From assembly GCA_037445735.1 (NCBI GenBank), contig JBBIJY010000002.1, positions 123,133-187,132 on the forward strand: a DNA stretch of 64,000 nt. The letters run 5' to 3'. The DNA is from Armatimonadota bacterium. GTDB lineage: Bacteria > Armatimonadota > Fimbriimonadia > Fimbriimonadales > GBS-DC. Positions 48,661-57,475 of the stretch are shown here, piece by piece (positions within the stretch are counted from its first letter, which is position 1; each line of letters opens with the position of its first letter). The position numbers and the translations under genes were made by a program. The notes beneath the pieces are model-generated. The model saw only the letters and a program-made list of their open reading frames with translations, made no database searches and had not been told where the DNA came from.

Positions 48661-49302
48661 TTATACCCCTTGCGCCCGCGCACGCTGAATGAACTGTTTC
48701 ACTTTTTCGGCATCTTTGGTGCCAGTTTGCGCCTCCACGCCGCTGCTGACATCCACGCCGTCGGGGCGAACCTGCCGAATCGCCGCCGCCACATTGTCGG
48801 GGTTCAGCCCGCCCGCGAGCAGCACGGGGCGCGGCGCCTGCGCACACACCACCTGTGCCAGTCGCCAGTCGTGAACAGCGCCCGTGCCGCCAGGCAGGGT
48901 GGGATGATAGCTGTCCAGCACGAACCGCTCCACATACGGCTCGAACGCCCGCATCACCGTCAGCAGCGATTCAGGCGTGTCGGTAGGCTTGACCCGCAAC
49001 GCCAGCCATAGCGGTAGGGGTGGGAGCATGCGTGTCAGCGATTCGGCGTCCCCACCCTCCATCGGAGTGCACTGGATCGCCTCAAACAGCTGCCATTCGG
49101 CGGGCAGATTGGCAGGGTCTGCCATCACCAGCACGCGCAGTGCACCCCTGAGCGCGGGCAGCCACTCCTGCCAGCCCGCTCGCAGAGGCAGGTGGCGCGG
49201 GCTGCGCGGCTCGAACACGAATCCGAGCGCGTCCGCGCCTGCCTCAATCGCCACCTGCGCGTCCTGCAGGCGCGTGATGCCGCAAATCTTGACAAAAATC
49301 AT
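48661..49302 (-). CDS. trpF: Phosphoribosylanthranilate isomerase
   Basis: VKICGIT, GADALGFVF..SPR, GGTG, LAGGLNPDNV and DVSSGVE. Confidence 0.93.
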   Translation of the reverse strand: MIFVKICGITRLQDAQVAIEAGADALGFVFEPRSPRHLPLRAGWQEWLPALRGALRVLVMADPANLPAEWQLFEAIQCTPMEGGDAESLTRMLPPLPLWLALRVKPTDTPESLLTVMRAFEPYVERFVLDSYHPTLPGGTGAVHDWRLAQVVCAQAPRPVLLAGGLNPDNVAAAIRQVRPDGVDVSSGVEAQTGTKDAEKVKQFIQRARAQGV

Positions 49303-49344
49303 CCCTTCACAGATACCGCGCGGGGCGGGCATTCTCCTGCCTCA

Positions 49345-50121
49345 TCAGCCGCCCAGCGCTTTGATCCAGTCGGTAAGGAATCGGGCAGCCAGCTCCGTCA
49401 TGCGCAGGCTGATGTCCACCAGCGCGGGCAGGCTCGCGCCCAGCGCGATGAAGCCTATCGCGATTTTGGCGGGCATGCCCACCAGCCAGATGGGCACCTG
49501 CGGCACCGCGCGCGACACCGCCGCCATCGCCGCGTCCACAATCAGCAGCACACCCCCTGCTGGTGCCGCAATCTGAATGCACAGTACCATGACGCCACTC
49601 GCCAGCTCCAGCATGCCTGCCAGTCCCCGCTGAGCCACCATCGTGAGACCGGCGCCGCCGCTCACCTCAAAACTGCGCACCAGCGCCAGCATCAGCAGGT
49701 GATGCCCATCCACCAGCGCGAACAGCACCATCGCCAGCAGATAGTGGAACTGCGCCAGTAGCGAGGTCGGGAAACTGCTGACGGGGTTCAGCAATTGCAT
49801 CAGCCCGAAGCCCATCTTCATATCGAGCAGCTCGCCTGCCATCGCCGCCGCGCCGATAATCAGGCTCACCCCATAGCCCATCACCAGCCCGATTAAGGCT
49901 TCCGACACGAGGCGCAGCAGCAGGGGTATCCAGTCGGCGGGCGGTTCACCGACGCTGGTGCGCAGCATCGGCGCCAGCCCCAGTGCCAGCACCGCCGACA
50001 GCCCGATGCGCACCGACACAGGCACGAGCCGACTGCCGAACACGGGCGCCTGCAGACTCAACGCCGACGCCCGCACAAACGCCACCAGAAACGCCCACAG
50101 CCACTGCGTATCTAACGCCAT
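49345..50121 (-). CDS. fliR: Flagellar export protein FliR
   Basis: APVFGSR.VP..VR, AGELLDMKMGFG, DGHH and SRAVPQ. Confidence 0.9.
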   Translation of the reverse strand: MALDTQWLWAFLVAFVRASALSLQAPVFGSRLVPVSVRIGLSAVLALGLAPMLRTSVGEPPADWIPLLLRLVSEALIGLVMGYGVSLIIGAAAMAGELLDMKMGFGLMQLLNPVSSFPTSLLAQFHYLLAMVLFALVDGHHLLMLALVRSFEVSGGAGLTMVAQRGLAGMLELASGVMVLCIQIAAPAGGVLLIVDAAMAAVSRAVPQVPIWLVGMPAKIAIGFIALGASLPALVDISLRMTELAARFLTDWIKALGG

Positions 50122-50129
50122 CACCTCGC

Positions 50130-50393
50130 CTATCGCGGCGGCAGGTTCGACAGCACGCGCACGGTGAAGTCCACCAGCTGCATCAGCATCCAGCCGCCCG
50201 CGAACAGAAACACCAGCCCGACCGCCAGCATCTTGGGCACAAACTGCAGCGTCATCTCCTGAATCTGCGTCACCGCCTGAAAAATGCTGACCAGCAGCCC
50301 CACAATCAGCCCTGTTAGCAGCACGGGGAGGGCAACCTGCAGCCCCACCCACATCGCCTGCCGACCCAGCTCAATCACTTCCGCCTGACTCAT
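50130..50393 (-). CDS. fliQ: Flagellar export protein FliQ
   Basis: GLLVSIFQAVTQIQEMTLQFVPK. Confidence 0.93.
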   Translation of the reverse strand: MSQAEVIELGRQAMWVGLQVALPVLLTGLIVGLLVSIFQAVTQIQEMTLQFVPKMLAVGLVFLFAGGWMLMQLVDFTVRVLSNLPPR

Positions 50394-50479
50394 CACCCTC
50401 TGATTGTCGGATAGATGCCCCACTCCTTTCAGAGGTCGCGCGGCTGTGGCATGGTACAATCTGACTGGAGGCAAGACAA

Positions 50480-50767
50480 ATGGCAAAAGCGCATCCCGCG
50501 CCTAACAAGTCAGAAGCCGCTGACCGCCTGTGCATGAGCTACGAGGAGTTCCTCGCCTGGGCGGATGAGGATACACGCGCTGAATGGGGGAATGGCGAGG
50601 TGATTGTGTTTATGCCACCGAAAGACCGACATCAGGATATCGTAACATTTCTTGTGGCGCTGCTCAGACTCTTCGCCGATTTCTTCAATCTGGGCAAGGT
50701 TCGAACGGCTCCGTTTGAGATGAAGTTTTCCCCGACAGGCTCGGCGCGGGAGCCCGACATCCTGTGA
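50480..50767 (+). pseudogene. Truncated Uma2-family endonuclease
   Basis: MSYEEFL..EW.NGEV...P...HQ..REPDIL* stops right after the PD motif; the VE(I/V)xS half is missing. Confidence 0.75.
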
Positions 50768-50813
50768 ATAGCCATCGCCGAGCCTGCCCCGCTTGCCAGC
50801 TGCAGTTATAATA

Positions 50814-52403
50814 ATGAGCGAGATGGCGCGTATACTGGTGAGCGACGCGATAGCCGAGGAGGGGCTGGCGATTCTGCGTCAGGCGGGCGAGGTAGAATAT
50901 CGCCCTGGTATCACTCGCGAGCAGCTGCTAACAATCATCGGCGACTACGACGCGCTGATGGTGCGCTCGCAGACGCAGGTGGACGCCGCGCTGATTGAGG
51001 CGGGCACGCGCCTCAAGGTGATTGGCAGGGCAGGCGTCGGCGTGGACAACATCGAGGTGGACGCCGCCACCCGACGCGGTATCGTGGTGGTGAACTCGCC
51101 CGAAGGCAACACGATTGCAGCGGCGGAGCTGACCTTCGCGCTGCTGCTCGCGCTCGCCCGCAAAGTGCCGCAAGCCGACCGCTCCATCCGTGCAGGCGAA
51201 TGGAAGCGCAACGCCTTCATCGGAACCGAACTCTACAAAAAGACGCTCGGCATCATCGGCATCGGCAAGATTGGCAGGGAGGTCGCCCGTCGGGCCCGCG
51301 CGTTCGGCATGCAGGTGCTGGCGTACGACCCCTTCGTGCCGCCCGCCTACATCCAGCAACTGAGCGCGGAGCCAGTTAGCCTGGATGAACTGCTCCAGCG
51401 CAGCGATTTTATCAGCCTGCACGCGCCGCTCACGCCCGAAACTCACCACCTGCTCAATCGCGAACGGCTGGCAAAGACCCGACCTGGCGTGCGGATCATC
51501 AACTGCGCACGGGGCGAGCTGATCGATCTGGACGCGCTGGCGGAGCTGATCGATTCGGGGCATATCGCGGGCGCGGCGCTCGATGTGTTCCCGCAGGAAC
51601 CGCCGCCAGGCGACCTGCGCGTGCTGCACCAGCCCCAGAATGTGCTGACGCCCCATTTAGGTGCGTCCACCGAAGAGGCACAGGTCAAGGTCGCCCTCGA
51701 TGTGGCGGAGCAGATTGTGGCGGTGCTGACAGGTGGCGTGCCGCGCAGCCCGGTGAACCTGCCGCCGATCCCTGCTGAACAGCGCGAGCGTGTTCAGCCC
51801 TACCTGCAGCTCGCCGAGCGCATGGGACGCCTGCACGCCCAGCTGCTGAACGCGCCTGTCGAGCAACTGCAGGTGCGATTCGCAGGCGACTGGGAGGGCA
51901 TCCCGCTCGATATGATTGCCCGCGCCGCCCTGGTCGGACTGTTCAGCCACACGACCGATGCGCCGGTGAACCTCGTGAACGCGCCCCTGATCGCCCAGCA
52001 GCGCGGGCTGAAACTGGAATGGAGCCACCGCGCCGAATCGGAACTCTACCCCGACACGCTCACCACTATCGCCACCACCGCGCAGGGCGAACAGCGCCTC
52101 ACCGGCACCGTGTTCGGACGCCACGACCTGCGCATCACCCACCTGGATGACCTGTTCGTCGACATCAAACCCGAAGGGATCCTGCTGGTGACGGAGCATC
52201 ACGACCGTCCGGGCATCATCGGGCGTGTGGGCACGCTGTTAGGCAGCCATCAGATTAACATCGCGGGCATGCATGTGGGGCGCGAGCGCATCGGCGGACG
52301 CGCCGTCATGATGCTGCAGGTGGATGACCCCATTCCACCCGCTGTGCTGACCCAGATTCGGCAGTTAGAGGGCGTCGAGAGCGCGCGCGTGGTGCAGTTC
52401 TAA
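50814..52403 (+). CDS. serA: D-3-phosphoglycerate dehydrogenase (with ASB/ACT domains)
   Basis: GRAGVGVDNI, GIIGIGKIG, NCARG, TPHLGASTEEAQ and DRPGIIG ACT domain. Confidence 0.96.
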   Translation: MSEMARILVSDAIAEEGLAILRQAGEVEYRPGITREQLLTIIGDYDALMVRSQTQVDAALIEAGTRLKVIGRAGVGVDNIEVDAATRRGIVVVNSPEGNTIAAAELTFALLLALARKVPQADRSIRAGEWKRNAFIGTELYKKTLGIIGIGKIGREVARRARAFGMQVLAYDPFVPPAYIQQLSAEPVSLDELLQRSDFISLHAPLTPETHHLLNRERLAKTRPGVRIINCARGELIDLDALAELIDSGHIAGAALDVFPQEPPPGDLRVLHQPQNVLTPHLGASTEEAQVKVALDVAEQIVAVLTGGVPRSPVNLPPIPAEQRERVQPYLQLAERMGRLHAQLLNAPVEQLQVRFAGDWEGIPLDMIARAALVGLFSHTTDAPVNLVNAPLIAQQRGLKLEWSHRAESELYPDTLTTIATTAQGEQRLTGTVFGRHDLRITHLDDLFVDIKPEGILLVTEHHDRPGIIGRVGTLLGSHQINIAGMHVGRERIGGRAVMMLQVDDPIPPAVLTQIRQLEGVESARVVQF

Positions 52404-52404
52404 T

Positions 52405-52806
52405 TCCCTCACCCCCAGCCCCTCTCCCACGCTGTGGGAGAGGGGAACCTGATCCCTCTCCCCGCTGGGGAGAGGGTACGGGTGAGGGGGCTATGCACCG
52501 CACGCCTGCCAGAAAGCCCTCACCCCCAGCCCCTCTCCCACGCTGGGGGAGAGGGGAGCCACACGCTCGCACACCAGAAACCCCCTCTCCCGAAGCTTCG
52601 GGAGAGGGGGCACGGGGGTGAGGGCAAAAACCCCTGCGCAGGGGCGGTCCTTCGCAACTACGGTAGCAAGCGCATCCTGCGCTTGAACCCACAGCTTCAC
52701 TTCCCTGCACAGGCGCAATCCGCCGACAGCAAGCCGTGCTACACGGGCAGGGATGCCCCTGCTACAGCCTCAATCCCCTGCGCAGGGGCGGTCCTTTGGG
52801 ACTACG
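52405..52806. repeat. Composite cluster of REP-like palindromes from three families
   Basis: Four CCCTCTCCC..GGGAGAGGG hairpins (52405-52625); 22-bp direct repeat CCCCTGCGCAGGGGCGGTCCTT at 52631 and 52775; CACGGGCAGGGATGCCCCTGCTAC near 52742. Confidence 0.85.
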
Positions 52807-53586
52807 CGCCGATTGTACCCCATTCTGAACCCGAAAATCAAGTCCCGATTCCGACGCTGGGTCTCCGAGCGCGTGTTTCAGGCGTACCTGAACGGCGAAC
52901 CCATCCGTCTGGAGGCAGAAAGCCAGCGACCGCCCGGCGAGTCCCGCCGCCTGCTGCTTCAGGACGGTAAGATTCTCATCCACCCCGACGACTGGCAGGC
53001 GCTCCAGGAGTTCTGGAGCTACGAGGTGGACGACCTGCGGGTCTACGAGGTTGCTACCGTGCCGTGTGTGACGCTGGATCGCATCTCGAACGCTTCCCAA
53101 ATCTGGCTGTTTGGCGAGGTGCATTTTACGCGGGGCTGTGGGCTGTGGTTCGTGGTGGTGTTCGGAGAGGAAAGCTTCCGAGAGCCGTTTGAGGCGTGCC
53201 TGCGGTTGCTGGGCGACACGGGGCTGGGCGGCGAGCGTAACGCAGGACGCGGGCTTTTCAACTTCGAACGACGCGACTGGACGCTCCAGACGCCCCGCGA
53301 CGCCAGTCGCTTCGTGACGCTCTCCCCATGGCTGCCTGCGGATTCAGAGCAGCGTGGCTGGTTGCGTGCTGAAGGCTCAGCCTACGAGCTGACTCTCAAA
53401 CGCGGCTGGCTCGGCTCGCCTCACGCCAGCAACCTGCGCCGCAAAGAGGTGTGGATGGTCAGCGAAGGCTCGGTGATTGCGCACCCGCCAGAGTTCCGTG
53501 CCGGGCAGCTGGCGAACCTCCAGCCCAACGGCGCGCCGCATCCCGCCTATCGCTACGGCTACGCATTCCCCGTGGGGGTGAAATGA
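52753..53586 (+). pseudogene. csm4: Type III-A RAMP Csm4, 5'-truncated
   Basis: P.VTLDR, LRLLGDTGLGGER..GRG.F, TLSP, RGW..LRRK..M..EGS and HP.YRYG motifs. The N-terminal LH(F/I)G region is missing and replaced by repeat-derived sequence. Confidence 0.8.
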
Positions 53587-53587
53587 G

Positions 53588-54751
53588 ATGGCGACCCAAA
53601 TCTATCGCGTGGAGGTACTCAGCCCGCTCCATATCGGCAGTGGGCAGGAATACACCGCGTTCGACGGCGTCTTCCAGAACGGGCGCTGGCACCTGATTGA
53701 CCTTGAGAAAGTCATCAACCTGAGCAGGGAAGACCCCACCAATCTGGCGAACGCGATGATGCGAAGCGACTTCAGCTGGGCAGGCTGGCTCCAGCGACGC
53801 AACCTCAGCCCCGAACAGGTCGCCCAGCGCAGCGTTGCCTGCCTGCAAAACCCTGGCAACACCCGAATCCGCGCCTGCATCCGTGATCCCTTCTGGCGTC
53901 CCTACCTGCCTGGCAGCACGCTCAAGGGCGCCATCCGAACCGCCATTTTGGAAGAGCTGGTAACCCAGGCAAGCCACAGCCAGCGCCAGCAGTTGGCACG
54001 ACGCGCCACCCAGCGCGACGATCGGGGCAGACCCCCCGACCGACGCTATGTGGGGCGCAATGTGCTGGAGCGCGACCTGCTGGTTGGCAAAACGCCTGGC
54101 AGAGCCAACGAATCGAACTACGACCTGCTCCGCGTCCTGCCTGTGGGCGACTCGGAACCAGCAAACCCTGACCGCGTGCAGATTGGACTCATCTGGGTGC
54201 ATACCCTGCGCAACAATCAGCTGGTTCAGAAGCGCGTGAACGGCGAGGAGTATAAAATCTTCGCCGAGTGGCTCCCTGCAGGCGTGCAGGCGCGGCTGAG
54301 CATCCAGCTCGATGCGCAACTGCTGACAACTCGGTACCGCTCCGACTTAGGCTTTAACGACGCGCAGGTGGAGGCGATTCGTGATTTTGTCGCCATCTGC
54401 AACAGCCGCGCTCAAGCCATCATCGAAAGCGAGCAGGACTTCTATGAGGACTACGGCTTGCCCGCCATCGCCCGATTCTATTCTGGCTTAGGCGAGCGAC
54501 TGAAATCTGTAGAAAGCCAAAAAGGCTTCCTGCTCAACATCGGCTGGGGCGGCGGCTGGGAGATGAAGACTGTTACTAACCCGCTCACAGAAGAGTTAGA
54601 TGAGGAATACTGGAACATCCGCCGAGCCTACAGCCTTGGGCGTCGCGACTCGGATGTGTTTCCCAAAACCCGCCGACTGGCTTATGAGAACAACCAGACT
54701 GCCGCACCACTGGGCTGGGTTGCATTATATCCAGAGGAGGTGAAACCGTGA
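53588..54751 (+). CDS. csm5: Type III-A RAMP Csm5
   Basis: LSPLHIGSG, PYLPGSTLKGAIRTA, DLLRVL.VGDS, IGWGGG..KT, FPKTRR and PLGWV. Confidence 0.9.
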   Translation: MATQIYRVEVLSPLHIGSGQEYTAFDGVFQNGRWHLIDLEKVINLSREDPTNLANAMMRSDFSWAGWLQRRNLSPEQVAQRSVACLQNPGNTRIRACIRDPFWRPYLPGSTLKGAIRTAILEELVTQASHSQRQQLARRATQRDDRGRPPDRRYVGRNVLERDLLVGKTPGRANESNYDLLRVLPVGDSEPANPDRVQIGLIWVHTLRNNQLVQKRVNGEEYKIFAEWLPAGVQARLSIQLDAQLLTTRYRSDLGFNDAQVEAIRDFVAICNSRAQAIIESEQDFYEDYGLPAIARFYSGLGERLKSVESQKGFLLNIGWGGGWEMKTVTNPLTEELDEEYWNIRRAYSLGRRDSDVFPKTRRLAYENNQTAAPLGWVALYPEEVKP

Positions 54752-55890
54752 AGCTAATAACCTTCCTTGGTAAGGGACCGTACCATCTCGTTACCTACCG
54801 CTGGGGCGAGCGTGAGAAGGAAACCAAATTCTTTGCCGAGGCGCTGGTGGATTGGCTCCAGCCAAAAACAGTTTGCGTCATGCTGACGCAAGGCGTTCGT
54901 GATGACGACAGCTGGAGAGAGCTAGAATCCCAACCGCAGAGGTACCCCTCGGAAATCTGCCCGATTACCATCCCCGACGGCAAGAACGAGCAGGAGCTGT
55001 GGATAATCTTTCAGCAGATAACTGCTGAGGCTGTGGAAGACGAAGACGAGCTGGTGTTTGACATCACCCACGGCTTTCGCTCGATACCTGTGCTTGGTCT
55101 CTTGGCAGTCGCATACCTCAAGCAGGTCAAGCATGTGCGGATACGATACTTGTTGTACGGTGCATTCGAAGCAGTGCCGAGAGAGGAAAAGACAAAGCCT
55201 GTCTTCGACCTCACCCCGTTCGCCGAGCTGCTGGACTGGCTGACCGCGGTGAAGATGTTTATCGCGACTGGGAATGCGAGCGAGATGGCACAGAAGCTGA
55301 AAGCCATTCACAAAGAAGCGTGGAAAGAGCGTCTTCCCGAACCTCCCCGCCATCTCAAGGGGCTTGCAGAGGCGCTGGAAGAGGTGTCAAACAGCCTCCT
55401 GCTGAGTCGCGTGCCACTGCTCTCGGAATCGGTTGCCAGTCTCCAGCAGCGTGCCAGTATCTCTGAGACGCGTGCGGAGATCGAAAGATGGGCGCCTCCG
55501 TTGGTACCCCTGCTGGACCAGATTAGCGAAACCTACCACCCCTTCGCCCGAGACGACCTGCGCACACAGGTAAAGCTCATAGAATGGTACTACCAGCACG
55601 GGCACATCGTACAGGCAGTTACGCTCGCACGCGAGTGGGTGATTAGCTACAATCTCCAACAACAGGGCAAGGACTGGCGCGATATGCGCGAGCGCAAGGC
55701 GATGGAATGCATGTTGAACGCAGAGGCTATCAAAGACCCACTGTGGAGCAAGGTGCGCGACCTGCGCAACGACCTCGCCCACTGCGGCTTCGGACGCGCC
55801 GAAGGACAGGTGCTATCGGTTGACTCAATTCTGTGTCAAACTTCTAAAATTATCGACGAGATACGCGCTTTAGCGCAAAAACCTGCCTGA
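54748..55890 (+). CDS. csx1: CARF-HEPN cOA-activated RNase (Csx1/TM1812-like)
   Basis: ITFLG..Y N-terminus, FDITHGFRS (DxTHG) motif, C-terminal RNDLAH HEPN motif. Confidence 0.85.
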   Translation: MKLITFLGKGPYHLVTYRWGEREKETKFFAEALVDWLQPKTVCVMLTQGVRDDDSWRELESQPQRYPSEICPITIPDGKNEQELWIIFQQITAEAVEDEDELVFDITHGFRSIPVLGLLAVAYLKQVKHVRIRYLLYGAFEAVPREEKTKPVFDLTPFAELLDWLTAVKMFIATGNASEMAQKLKAIHKEAWKERLPEPPRHLKGLAEALEEVSNSLLLSRVPLLSESVASLQQRASISETRAEIERWAPPLVPLLDQISETYHPFARDDLRTQVKLIEWYYQHGHIVQAVTLAREWVISYNLQQQGKDWRDMRERKAMECMLNAEAIKDPLWSKVRDLRNDLAHCGFGRAEGQVLSVDSILCQTSKIIDEIRALAQKPA

Positions 55891-55924
55891 ATAGCATAGA
55901 GGTATAGCCATCTAAAACACACTT

Positions 55925-56737
55925 TTATATCACAACCTTAATATCAGAAGGGTTCAAGCCAGCTTGCCTGGCAATATCAATGCTGTTCTGAATTATCTGC
56001 AATGCACGGCCATGTGTCTCGATGTACCAGATGTTATCCAGTTTGGCGGGCTTTTGGAAACCACTGGCACTATTTGCAATCTTCGGCGATTTTAAAGGAA
56101 GCCGCCCGCTCTGCTGGAGTAGTGGAAGCGCGTATTTAGCGACAACAACCAGAATCTTATACCAGTGCTTGATTGGATAAGTTGTACCATCGGGCATCTT
56201 TATAGACGAAGGCGGCGGAGCGCCCGGATGCCAATACCCGCTCAGCTGATCTAAGGATATTTCTCCTGAATCAGTCCGGCCAATATCGCGCCACAATAAA
56301 ATCAGCTCACGAACTATGCGAAACAGAGCGTCGGTCTTGACTTGCACCCTTGCAACGAGTTTATCGGGCAGCGGCACAGGCTTATGCGACTCGTATATCT
56401 CCCAGATGTTGCCATCTGTGCAGACAAAGTAGTGTGCTCCTAACTGAACCGCACCGTTGACGCCCTGATTCACAGCAGGCTGCAGGTTAGCATTCAGCGC
56501 CTTGGTCTCCACCACAATGTAGGGCTTTCCATCCTTCAAAAGAGCGTAGTCAAAGCGGTTTCCACCAGTGGAAAACTCTGGAATCACTTGCTGGGGGTCT
56601 TCCGTGTCCCAACCCAGCACGCGCAAAACGGGATCTACGAGAGCATATCGCGTCAACCACTCGTTGTTTACCAGGTTGGCTGAGTGATTTCGAATGCGTC
56701 CTCGAACCCGATCAATCACCTCTAAAAATGCCTGCAT
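55925..56737 (-). CDS. HsdR-N-like restriction endonuclease domain protein
   Basis: NE..TR..LVDPVL..LGW, PEF, DYAL and IVVETK PD-(D/E)XK motifs; visibly lower GC than neighbours; own GGGTATAAT and GGAGG. Confidence 0.7.
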   Translation of the reverse strand: MQAFLEVIDRVRGRIRNHSANLVNNEWLTRYALVDPVLRVLGWDTEDPQQVIPEFSTGGNRFDYALLKDGKPYIVVETKALNANLQPAVNQGVNGAVQLGAHYFVCTDGNIWEIYESHKPVPLPDKLVARVQVKTDALFRIVRELILLWRDIGRTDSGEISLDQLSGYWHPGAPPPSSIKMPDGTTYPIKHWYKILVVVAKYALPLLQQSGRLPLKSPKIANSASGFQKPAKLDNIWYIETHGRALQIIQNSIDIARQAGLNPSDIKVVI

Positions 56738-56797
56738 GTTGATTTCGCCTCCGACTAATCTCAATTATACCCGACTCTGTCGCAAGGGAGGAGTGTC

Positions 56798-56977
56798 TTG
56801 CGCTCCCTTCGAGAGGCGCGCAACGCGATTGTGCATGGCACGCGGCGTTCGGAGCGCCATCTGGTAAAATCGGCACTGGAGGATGATGAGGGAATGCAGA
56901 ACCTCTACAAGCAGGCGCGCGACATCTATGAACGGCTCAGGGACATTTACCAGCGACAGCAGGAGGCAATCCGATGA
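56798..56977 (+). pseudogene. 59-codon HEPN-motif fragment or mini-ORF
   Basis: Translates (L/M)RSLREARNAIVHG..., an RN..xH motif; its TGA overlaps the csx15 ATG (ATGA). Confidence 0.55.
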
Positions 56978-57354
56978 TTCTGATTAACTTTGCGCACCCG
57001 ATAACGGAGCTGCAACGCACCCAGATCGAGACACTCACAGGCAAACAGATAGAAAGGATTATCGATGTGCCTGTCCAGCTGGACAATATGCAGCCCTTCG
57101 AACCGCAGGTGCTGAGCCTGCTGGACAGGGTGGGACTGAGTTCGCAAGAGTGGCAAACTTTGCCAATCCTGATCAATCTCCCCAGCCTGAATGTGATTGC
57201 CGCGATTCTGCTGGCGGAGCTGCATGGGCGCACGGGGCACTTTCCTGCGGTTGTGCGCCTGCGTCCCATGCCAGATAGCACCCCACCGCAATTCGAGGTC
57301 GCAGAGATTATTAATCTGCAGGCGATTCGCGACAGTGCCCGTGCACGGCGGTAA
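56974..57354 (+). CDS. csx15: CRISPR-associated Csx15-like protein
   Basis: ILINFAHPIT..Q..QI, WQ..PILINLP, LAELHGR.GHFP..VRLR and FEVAEIINLQ.IR..AR. Confidence 0.75.
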   Translation: MILINFAHPITELQRTQIETLTGKQIERIIDVPVQLDNMQPFEPQVLSLLDRVGLSSQEWQTLPILINLPSLNVIAAILLAELHGRTGHFPAVVRLRPMPDSTPPQFEVAEIINLQAIRDSARARR

Positions 57355-57416
57355 TCGCATCCTTGCACGGGTAGTCAGAGGGCAATCGGAGCGTTGACCG
57401 GGTGCTTCTTACTTCT

Positions 57417-57450
57417 GCACCCTCTCCCCCGCTACTGGAGGAGAGGGTGC
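57417..57450. terminator. Hairpin between convergent csx15 and prkA (REP-like)
   Basis: GCACCCTCTCC/GGAGAGGGTGC 11-bp stem. Confidence 0.5.
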
Positions 57451-57475
57451 TGGTCAAGTTATTCAACAGCGGGTT

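Noticed and set aside
52405-52806. Possible CRISPR array beside the csm genes
   Set aside because: Same REP family as 23970-24245; the 22-bp repeat occurs only twice at 144-bp spacing.
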